A stretch of DNA of 32,000 bases, taken from the NCBI GenBank assembly GCA_000025185.1, contig CP001848.1, forward strand, positions 3,420,001-3,452,000, written 5' to 3'. The stretch comes from Pirellula staleyi DSM 6068 (GTDB taxonomy: Bacteria; Planctomycetota; Planctomycetia; Pirellulales; Pirellulaceae). The notes under the pieces were generated by a model that was not told where the DNA came from, ran no database searches, and saw only the letters and a list, made by a program, of their open reading frames with translations. Position 1 is the first letter of the stretch. Each line of letters opens with the position of its first letter. This document shows, one piece after another, positions 17,340 through 24,023 of this stretch. A program made the position numbers and the translations under genes.

Positions 17340-17837
17340 ATGTCGATGTACATCGGCGAAGGTCTGGTCGGCGAAGGTAACGAAATCGCGCACATCGATC
17401 TGCTCATCGGCAGCAAGGATGGCCCTGTCGGCACTGCCTTCGCAAACGCTTTGGCCAATCAGCACGCAGGTCACACCAACCTTCTCGCAGTGCTCACGCC
17501 TAACCTCGCCATCAAGCCAGCCACCGTGATGATCACCAAAGTGACCATCAAGGGAATGAAGCAAGCTGTGCAAATGTTCGGCCCAGCTCAAGCTGCAGTG
17601 GCCAAGGCCGTGGCCGACTCGGTCGAAGCTGGCATCATTCCTAAGGACAAGGCTGAAGATCTGGTCATCGTTTGCGGCGTGTTCATTCACCCAGCCGCTG
17701 CCGACGACAAGAAGATCTACCAGTACAACTACGAATCGACCAAGCTCGCCATCGCCAACGCCATGGCCGGCAAGCCAACCGTCGACGAGATGCTCGCTGG
17801 CAAAGAAGCAGCAGCTCACCCATTCCGTGGCTTCTAA
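17340..17837 (+). CDS. fae: Formaldehyde-activating enzyme (5,6,7,8-tetrahydromethanopterin hydro-lyase)
   Basis: Starting from the ATG at 17340 (SD GGGAG at 17326-17330, 9-nt spacer), the sequence reads 'MSMYIGEGLVGEGNEIAHIDLLIG...GHTNLLAVLTPNL...KVTIKGMKQAVQMFGPAQAAVAKAV...GVFIHPAAADDKKIYQYNYESTKLAI...AAHPF'. This appears collinear with my recollection of methylotroph Fae. The ORF track starts earlier, at 17286. Confidence 0.9.
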   Translation: MSMYIGEGLVGEGNEIAHIDLLIGSKDGPVGTAFANALANQHAGHTNLLAVLTPNLAIKPATVMITKVTIKGMKQAVQMFGPAQAAVAKAVADSVEAGIIPKDKAEDLVIVCGVFIHPAAADDKKIYQYNYESTKLAIANAMAGKPTVDEMLAGKEAAAHPFRGF

Positions 17838-17880
17838 GCTCCGCTGGGTCTGATCGCTTTTCGAGCGAAACTTTACAACT

Positions 17881-17919
17881 CACCTTGCGCAATTTTATGC
17901 GTAAGGTGGGTTGTTTTCG
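17881..17919 (+). terminator. Intrinsic terminator/attenuator between fae and mtd
   Basis: An 11-bp stem joins CACCTTGCGCA (17881-17891) and TGCGTAAGGTG (17898-17908) with one G-U pair and a 6-nt loop. GGTTGTTTTCG follows it. It lies 44 nt after the fae stop. Confidence 0.7.
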
Positions 17920-17977
17920 TATCGGTAGGTATGTTTGCCATGCCAGCCCGCACTATATCGAGATCGAGGTTAGGGCC

Positions 17978-18841
17978 ATGAGTAAGCCGAAAATTCTTTT
18001 GCAACTCGACCCCGATACACAAGCCAGCGTGTTCGACGCAGTGGTGGCAGTCGACAGCGGAGTCGATCATCTGCTGCAGTATCGGGGGGTTACTCCCGGG
18101 CAAGTCCGTGATTTGGTGCACGGCTGTATCTTTACCCGTGGCGGAGCCGATCTGGCTGCGACCGCGATTTTTGTCGGAGGCTCGCAAATAGCCGCTGGCG
18201 AGGCGCTCCTCGGCGAAGTTTTAGCCAGTTTTTTTGGCCCCATGCGTGTGAGTGTGATGCTCGATGCAAGCGGTGCAAACACCACCGCAGCCGCCGCTGT
18301 TTTGGCCGCTTCCAAGCACCTCGACCTGTCGCAAATCAGTGCCACGGTGCTCGGCGGAACGGGGCCTGTAGGTCAGCGCGTAGCGCGATTGCTAGTCGGC
18401 AGTGGTGCTTCCGTCAAACTAGCTTCGCGAGCCATCGAACGGGCCGAAATTGCTTGTAGTGAGATTCGTCAGCGAAATCCCGGCGGCTCTATCACGGCAG
18501 TGAAAACGTCAAATGATGATGAAACGCTCGCTGCCATCGCTGGCTCGCAATTGGTTGTTGCAGCGGGGGCTGCTGGTATCGTCCTACTCAAAAAATCGCA
18601 GATCGAAGCTGCCACCGATTTGAAGGTGGTGGTCGATCTCAACGCTGTGCCACCGCTGGGAATCGAAGGGGTAAAGTCCTCTGACAAAGCAGCTCAGCTC
18701 GGACATGTCTTGGCGTATGGTGCCCTGGGAGTTGGTGGCACCAAAATGAAGATCCATCGCGCTTGTGTGGCGTCGCTGTTCGAGAGCAACTCCCAAGTGC
18801 TCGACGCCGAAGCGATCTTCGAAGTTGGCAAAAAGCTCTAG
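17978..18841 (+). CDS. mtdC: NAD(P)-dependent methylene-tetrahydromethanopterin (/H4F) dehydrogenase, MtdA/MtdB/MtdC family
   Basis: ATG at 17978 with GAGG 8 nt upstream. The sequence 'MSKPKILLQLDPDTQASVFDAVVAVDSGVDHLLQYRGVTP...IFTRGG...TAIFVGG...FFGPMRVSVMLDASGANTTAAAAV...VLGGTGPVGQRVARLL...GALGVGGTKMKIHRACVASLFES' appears collinear with my recollection of M. extorquens MtdA. The MtdC label is the class reported for planctomycetes and the subfamily was not verified. The upstream part of the 389-aa ORF (17672-17977) is Arg-rich, looks like non-coding noise and overlaps fae. Confidence 0.85.
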   Translation: MSKPKILLQLDPDTQASVFDAVVAVDSGVDHLLQYRGVTPGQVRDLVHGCIFTRGGADLAATAIFVGGSQIAAGEALLGEVLASFFGPMRVSVMLDASGANTTAAAAVLAASKHLDLSQISATVLGGTGPVGQRVARLLVGSGASVKLASRAIERAEIACSEIRQRNPGGSITAVKTSNDDETLAAIAGSQLVVAAGAAGIVLLKKSQIEAATDLKVVVDLNAVPPLGIEGVKSSDKAAQLGHVLAYGALGVGGTKMKIHRACVASLFESNSQVLDAEAIFEVGKKL

Positions 18842-18844
18842 AAA

Positions 18845-18890
18845 TTCACGTAGCTGATTGATGAGCGATCGGCCGTAAGCTTAACGTGAA
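18845..18890. terminator. Imperfect inverted repeat between convergent mtd and the zinc-ribbon gene (weak terminator candidate)
   Basis: TTCACGTAGCT (18845-18855) pairs with AGCT-ta-ACGTGAA (18878-18890). This gives 11 bp with a 2-nt bulge and a 22-nt loop. GTTTG follows on the + strand. Confidence 0.3.
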
Positions 18891-18909
18891 GTTTGCCGCT
18901 GTCGTCGAT

Positions 18910-20388
18910 TTACCAGTAGGCCATCACAGCGGTGATGATCCCCAGCAATGCCATGCAGATGCAAAACATGATGATGTTGCGTCGCATGCGACGCTTCGCC
19001 TTCTCTTCGGGTGTGAGCCGCCGAAGTTCGATTTCGTCGTCCCCTTTGCCAATCGTTTTTGGCGTTTCTCGCACCGTCACGTAGCCACCATCTTCGGTCG
19101 GTACTGCCACAGCACCGGGAGCTAGATTTTCCGGTGGTGGAAGCATCATGCGGGGTGCAGTTGGCAAAGCCACTTGCTCGAGTGTGGTGCTCATCACCAC
19201 CTCGCCCGCCGTGGGGGGCAAAAGGGTGTCCGCTAGTTCCTTGGGACGCCCCGCCGCTAAAGCTTGCGACTCGAGTTGCAACATCGCGGCACCAGGAGCC
19301 GCAAATTCATTGGTCGCCCCCGGAGGCAGCAGAGAATCGATTGATGCACTTCCGCTCGGTGCTGCAGCTGTGGAATCACCAGCCATGGGAGGTAGCAAAT
19401 CTGCGCCGGGAGGAAGCAGATCGCTAACGGAGGAAGTTGCTGGTGGCGTTGCCACTTGTGGAAGTGGTGCAGGATCAGCCGAAGTGGTACTAGGTGAGGC
19501 GCTCGCAGGCGATTCCGCGCCGGGAGGGAGCAGCGAATCGATATTCGCTGGCTTCGTGGCCGGTTCTGTAGTTTTGGCAGGCGCAGATTTGACTGGTGTT
19601 GTCTTTGGTTCTTCGGGCGGAAGAGCGGGAGACTGAAAACCTGGTGGATACTTGTCGTCTCGTTTCGGCGACTGCTTTTCCGCTGCTGGTTTCTCGCTGC
19701 TTGTTTTTTCGCTTGATGGTTTTGGCGAAGCGAGGGGACGACGTTCTTCCTTCATCGTGGGGCGCGAGCGCGTCCCGGCATCGGCACTCGTCGTAGGTGG
19801 GGAAGTTGCTACGGGGGATGAAGGTTTGGCTGGAGCCGCGGGGGGCAAGTCCATCACCGTGGGGCGCGAGCGTTTTTCTCGCTCTTCCTTGGCTCGCGCG
19901 AGTGCCGCTTTGGCGGCTGCATGTCGCGCATCGGCATCCTGCTTGGCTTGCTGCTGTGGCGTGTTTGTGGGTGCTGCTGGCGTGGCACTTTGCGGCGCAC
20001 CTGTTTGCGCCCCGCTTGGGGTAGCAAGGCCCAAGTACTGCAGAAAAACTTCGTAGGGAGGGAGCGCGATCGGGGTCGAGCAAAACGGACATCCCACCTG
20101 CTGACCCGCCATCGAAAGTGGCACCGTCATCCCTTGCTGACAAGCTGGGCAGGGGAGTTGCAACAGCGGATCGCCCGCAGGTGCTTGAGGGGCAAAGTTT
20201 TGCGGCGCAGGCTCTTGCTGCGGGGCTTGCTGCATCGCAGCCTGCTGCGCCATCTGGTCCAAAATCTCGACGGGTGGCAATTGCAAAACGCCAGCACACA
20301 TCGGGCACTGCACCTGCTGGCCAGCCATGCTACGGTCGATTTGAAGAAAGCCCGCACAGAGCGGACACTGCAATGGCACCACACTCAT
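18910..20388 (-). CDS. Tail-anchored Pro/Ala-rich protein with two N-terminal CxxC...CxxC zinc-ribbon repeats
   Basis: ATG at 20388 with GGAGAAGG 10 nt upstream. The ORF extends to 20445. Two paralogous ribbons are present: 'CPLCAGFLQIDRSMAGQQVQCPMC' (20296-20367) and 'CPACQQGMTVPLSMAGQQVGCPFC' (20080-20151). A long low-complexity P/A/S/T/K region follows. Five 'LLPP[GMT]A' motifs lie at 19210-19545. The C-terminus 'RRLTPEEKAKRRMRRNIIMFCICMALLGIITAVMAYW' carries a single TM helix. Confidence 0.75.
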   Translation of the reverse strand: MSVVPLQCPLCAGFLQIDRSMAGQQVQCPMCAGVLQLPPVEILDQMAQQAAMQQAPQQEPAPQNFAPQAPAGDPLLQLPCPACQQGMTVPLSMAGQQVGCPFCSTPIALPPYEVFLQYLGLATPSGAQTGAPQSATPAAPTNTPQQQAKQDADARHAAAKAALARAKEEREKRSRPTVMDLPPAAPAKPSSPVATSPPTTSADAGTRSRPTMKEERRPLASPKPSSEKTSSEKPAAEKQSPKRDDKYPPGFQSPALPPEEPKTTPVKSAPAKTTEPATKPANIDSLLPPGAESPASASPSTTSADPAPLPQVATPPATSSVSDLLPPGADLLPPMAGDSTAAAPSGSASIDSLLPPGATNEFAAPGAAMLQLESQALAAGRPKELADTLLPPTAGEVVMSTTLEQVALPTAPRMMLPPPENLAPGAVAVPTEDGGYVTVRETPKTIGKGDDEIELRRLTPEEKAKRRMRRNIIMFCICMALLGIITAVMAYW

Positions 20389-20689
20389 CGATGAAGGGCC
20401 TTCTCCGCTGGCGACCAAAAACCTGGGTCTCGCACCGGTGTGCACATAGGACGGAAGATTTTGACAAGTCTTTCATCGTAGTCACCCGCAGGAGTCCACT
20501 TCAACCCACACAGGCCGGTTCTTGGCTCCCGAATCAACAACTTCTTGAGACGAGCCCCTACGAACCAACCGCGATGCCGTCCCCCCACACTTTTGGTGAT
20601 GTGCCTGGACGGACAGATTGATCGAATACCGGAAGAGACTAAAAATAAGGCCTTTCCAAACAAAAAGGCGCTGAGGAAAGTTTTCCCCC

Positions 20690-21706
20690 ATGACCGATCC
20701 TCGGCTTCCATGTGGCCAGCAGTGGGCTGCTCCCGGCAAATGGCCTCTGGTGGGCGAGCGATGGCCCGATCCTGCCCTGTCACCCACAGAGCTAACAATC
20801 GAGGGGTGCTGCGCATTTCCCCAAACGATAACTCTCGAGCAGATTGCTTCGCTTCCACCAACCACGCTCACGCTCGACATTCACTGCGTCACACGTTGGT
20901 CGCAAAAGTCCCTCACGTTTCGTGGCGTGTTGCTCCGCGATTTGCTCAGCGAATCGCAGCCGAAGCCCAGTGCTCGATTTGTTGCGTACATCGCGCGCTC
21001 GACTCGACTGCATAGCACCAGTATGCCACTTGCCGATGCGCTGGAACTTGGCACCCTCCTAGCAACGCACGTCGATGGCGAGCCGATATCGACCGAGCAT
21101 GGAGGGCCGCTGCGCGTCATCACGCCTGGGCGTTACTTTTACAAAAGCCTGAAGTGGCTCATGAAGATCGAGCTGCTGGAAGAAGACCGACTCGGCTACT
21201 GGGAAGCGGCAGCCGGATATCACAATCACGCCGATCCATGGCTTGAAGAGCGTTACGTCTCTTCGAGCCTCTCGCGCGCCGATGCGCTCGCACTAGTTAC
21301 TTCGCGAGACCTCTCCGGTAAAGAACTCCTCTCGCTCGATCTGCGTGGTCACGAGCTTTCCCATCTCCAGGCCGTGGCAGCGATCTTGCGTAACAGCAAC
21401 TTCAATCGGTGCCAACTGCTGGCAGCCGACTTCAGCCGCGCGAATCTATCCAACGCAACATTTTGCGAGGCCGATTTGCGAGGGGCTCAGTTTCGCGAGG
21501 CTGATCTCGAAGGGGCCAGCTTTTTAGGAGCGAACCTCAGCGGTGCCGACTTGCGAGGTGCTTCGCTGCTTGGCTGCACGTTCGTGAGTGGAATGGCTCA
21601 GCCGACCTGCCAAATCGACCGAACTACCCAGTTCTCAGCTACTGCACTCAACATGCTCTCGACCCTTGAGGCGGAGTTCATCGCCGCTCACGCTCTCGTC
21701 AGTTAA
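20690..21706 (+). CDS. Sulfite-oxidase-family molybdopterin-binding domain fused to C-terminal pentapeptide repeats
   Basis: ATG at 20690 with GAGGA about 12 nt upstream. The N-terminal roughly 190 aa reads 'TLDIHCVTRWSQKSLTFRGVLLRDLL...THVDGEPISTEHGGPLRVITPGRYFYKSLKWLMKIELLEEDRLGYWE', which fits an Oxidored_molyb/YedY-like fold with a candidate Mo-ligand Cys. Residues 205-300 (21302-21589) read 'NSNFNRCQLLAADFSRANLSNATFCEADLRGAQFREADLEGASFLGANLSGADLRGASLLGCTF' and form tandem A(D/N)LxX pentapeptide repeats. No signal peptide is apparent. Confidence 0.82.
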   Translation: MTDPRLPCGQQWAAPGKWPLVGERWPDPALSPTELTIEGCCAFPQTITLEQIASLPPTTLTLDIHCVTRWSQKSLTFRGVLLRDLLSESQPKPSARFVAYIARSTRLHSTSMPLADALELGTLLATHVDGEPISTEHGGPLRVITPGRYFYKSLKWLMKIELLEEDRLGYWEAAAGYHNHADPWLEERYVSSSLSRADALALVTSRDLSGKELLSLDLRGHELSHLQAVAAILRNSNFNRCQLLAADFSRANLSNATFCEADLRGAQFREADLEGASFLGANLSGADLRGASLLGCTFVSGMAQPTCQIDRTTQFSATALNMLSTLEAEFIAAHALVS

Positions 21707-21715
21707 ACTCCCGTT

Positions 21716-21760
21716 TTGCTAGCGGATTCTTGTTGTTTTTGCGATCTTCACCGCTAGCAA
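21716..21760 (+). terminator. 10-bp inverted repeat just after the Moco/pentapeptide gene (candidate terminator)
   Basis: TTGCTAGCGG (21716-21725) pairs with CCGCTAGCAA (21751-21760) around a 25-nt T-rich loop. It starts 10 nt after the TAA. There is no trailing U-tract. Confidence 0.35.
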
Positions 21761-21850
21761 GGTGCGATTCGGTCAACCGATCGCGCAAACTTTGCCGATG
21801 GATCAGAATAGAGCGCGACCACCACAAGAACTTCCAGGGTGTGCAATTCG

Positions 21851-22120
21851 ATGATCCGCATCCAGCTGCTAGCAATGCTGATGTTTTTGGCGATCGGTGT
21901 GATCTCGACCAGCGAAGTCATGGCCGGACCACCGTCGTATCTGCTGCTGCGAGATAGCGCATCACCTAGTCCGCCACATCAGCCGGGCGAGCCCGATGCG
22001 CAGTACTATCAGCAGCGCACCACAGGCTATGCCTACGGCTGGTTCGGTGCCTGTCCCCGAACGCATGCCACGCGGCACTTCGGCATCTACCGCGAGTACA
22101 CGCAGTGGAGTTTCCGCTAG
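21851..22120 (+). CDS. Small secreted hypothetical protein (89 aa)
   Basis: The ATG at 21851 gives the signal peptide 'MIRIQLLAMLMFLAIGVISTSEVMA'. The mature part is Pro/Tyr-rich and contains 'GYAYGWFGACP'. No recognisable family. The coding call rests on the signal peptide and the ORF only. Confidence 0.5.
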   Translation: MIRIQLLAMLMFLAIGVISTSEVMAGPPSYLLLRDSASPSPPHQPGEPDAQYYQQRTTGYAYGWFGACPRTHATRHFGIYREYTQWSFR

Positions 22121-22184
22121 AGCCTCTCGCACGAAAAGTTAGCGTGCGTCGTGCTGGTGGCTGGCCGCAATAAAGCTGAGTTAA

Positions 22185-24008
22185 CTACTGGCGAGTGGCA
22201 CCGACAAAGAAGCTGAACACCTGGCGATCGTCGCCATCGGCATCTGACACAGGGAAAGCGAAGTCGAGAGCCAGTGGTGCTGGCCCGAGCGCCGGAACGC
22301 TAACTCGCAAACCAAAGCCGGGAGCCACGCGGAAATTGTCTCCATTGAGGGCGATTTCCTGTTCCACGGTACCAAAGTCGCAGAACACGGTTCCTTTGAT
22401 CATGTCGTCGGCCGTGAGTGGAAAGAAGTATTCCACCGAGTTCAGCCAGCGGAATTCACCACCTACGCGCACTGTGTTATCAATCGGCGAAGCGCCACGG
22501 AAGCTAAAGCCGCGAAGGGTCGAGTAACCACCCGCAAAGTAGTTCTCAAAGATCGGTGTTTGCGACCCGGTGAAGCCGGCACGCGACGAGAACGAGAGTG
22601 TGTGACGTCCCGAACCGTCGGGGCGTTCACGCAGCAGAAAATATTTGCTGTACTCTGCTTCAAAGCGTGGATAGTCGAAATCGCCAAACACTTGTTCGTA
22701 CGAAAGCTCGATCAAGTGACCTTCGGTCGGCATGAAAATCAGGTCGCGCGTGTCGTGGGTCAGCGTTACTTTGCCACTGAACAAATCGTGCTTGCCAAGT
22801 GCGTTGTCGAGTTCAGCTACACCCAGCACACGCGGATCAAACACGTTGACATTCTCGGCCCGCACCGCACCACTCACCGAAAGATCGGGCGACAAGCGAT
22901 AACCCCACGACAGTCGACCGCCATAGCGCGATTCGTCGTAGTCGTAGTAGTTGCGGTCGAAGTAAAACGCACTCGCGCTGAAACTGACGTTACTATCCAT
23001 GAAGTACGGATCGGTGAAGCTCACCAAGTAACGCTGTACCTGATCACCTGGCTGTGCTTCCAAGCGAAACCCTTGACCACGACCTCGGAAGGCTGTGCCG
23101 TTGGCAAAATCGTCCCAGCTCGAGGGAAAGCCAAAAATGTCGAAGTTCCGTTCGTCGACTGTAATCTGACCAGTCACACCTGCATCGCTGTTCACACCCA
23201 CACCGAACATAAACCGTCCCGTGCGTGCCTCTTGCACCACGATATCCAGCGGCGTTGGTGTCCCTTGAATCTCTTCGGCAGTGGGAGCGATGTTCGAAGG
23301 TGGCTGCCACAAGGGATACGAAGGACCGAACCATCCACCACTTCCTCCCGAAGGATTCGAGATGGCATTGGGAGCACCGGCGGGAGGGACTTCAAACGTC
23401 CCTGCAGGCGGAGGTGGCAGGGGAGGTGTTCCAAAGTTATCGATGGCAGGATTGCCTGCCCCTGGATAAACCGCAGGCGGTGGCGAGTAGCCAGGCTGCG
23501 AGGCAAACGTCGAAGGTGTGCCGCTTGGTGGTGCGTATGGCTGCGGCGTGTAGGGCTGGGGAGCGGTGGAATACGTGGGAGGTGCAGCGGGCTGAGTGCC
23601 GTAGGCCGAGGGCTGTGGCGCGTAGTTGGGTTGCCCATAGCTGGGATAGGTCGGTGCCGTGTTCTGAGCAAGTTGGCCAGAAACAGGCATCGGACCACGA
23701 CGATACAGGTCGCCACCAGGGAGCCCTGCGCTGTCGTAAGCATCTGGCGACTGAAAGCGAACCACAGGTTCTTCACTAGCCGCAGTTGTGACAGTCGGGG
23801 GAGTGTAGTTCGTGGTAGTCGGGCCAAGACGCGGAGCTGTGTCTGCAGGGAGCGCTGGTGCTGTTGCAGCCGGATAACCACACGAGCCACCGGCGCACGA
23901 CTGGCAATTCCAGCAGTTACCCTGCGGCGCAACACACCCCATGGTGACGATCGAGAAGATCGTACCGAGTGCGAGCAGCAAATTGACAACGTAGCGCTTC
24001 AAGTGCAC
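22185..24008 (-). CDS. Omp85/BamA-type beta-barrel protein lacking POTRA domains, with its own signal peptide and a long Pro/Tyr/Gln-rich N-terminal linker
   Basis: 607-aa ORF starting at GTG 24008 with AGGA just upstream. The N-terminus 'MHLKRYVVNLLLALGTIFSIVTMG-C' looks like a signal peptide with a lipobox-like Cys. Residues 45-250 are low-complexity P/Y/Q/A. The C-terminal roughly 350 aa show the Bac_surface_Ag barrel hallmarks 'VVQEARTGRFMFGVGVNSDAGVTGQITVDERNFDIFG', 'GGRLSWGYRL' and 'YFAGGYSTLRGF'. The sequence ends '...QVFSFFVGATRQ'. Confidence 0.82.
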   Translation of the reverse strand: MHLKRYVVNLLLALGTIFSIVTMGCVAPQGNCWNCQSCAGGSCGYPAATAPALPADTAPRLGPTTTNYTPPTVTTAASEEPVVRFQSPDAYDSAGLPGGDLYRRGPMPVSGQLAQNTAPTYPSYGQPNYAPQPSAYGTQPAAPPTYSTAPQPYTPQPYAPPSGTPSTFASQPGYSPPPAVYPGAGNPAIDNFGTPPLPPPPAGTFEVPPAGAPNAISNPSGGSGGWFGPSYPLWQPPSNIAPTAEEIQGTPTPLDIVVQEARTGRFMFGVGVNSDAGVTGQITVDERNFDIFGFPSSWDDFANGTAFRGRGQGFRLEAQPGDQVQRYLVSFTDPYFMDSNVSFSASAFYFDRNYYDYDESRYGGRLSWGYRLSPDLSVSGAVRAENVNVFDPRVLGVAELDNALGKHDLFSGKVTLTHDTRDLIFMPTEGHLIELSYEQVFGDFDYPRFEAEYSKYFLLRERPDGSGRHTLSFSSRAGFTGSQTPIFENYFAGGYSTLRGFSFRGASPIDNTVRVGGEFRWLNSVEYFFPLTADDMIKGTVFCDFGTVEQEIALNGDNFRVAPGFGLRVSVPALGPAPLALDFAFPVSDADGDDRQVFSFFVGATRQ

Positions 24009-24023
24009 GTTCCTAAGGGCGGA

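Noticed and set aside
17672-17977. N-terminal 102 codons of the 389-aa ORF that contains the mtd gene.
   Set aside because: This part overlaps fae in another frame and crosses the fae terminator. It is Arg-rich and looks like non-coding noise. The MtdA-like alignment begins exactly at 'MSKPKILL' (ATG 17978), which has its own SD.
20385-20861. 158-aa - strand ORF spanning the divergent intergenic region and the 5' end of the Moco/pentapeptide gene.
   Set aside because: It overlaps a well-supported + strand CDS and the zinc-ribbon gene start. It has no motif or SD support.
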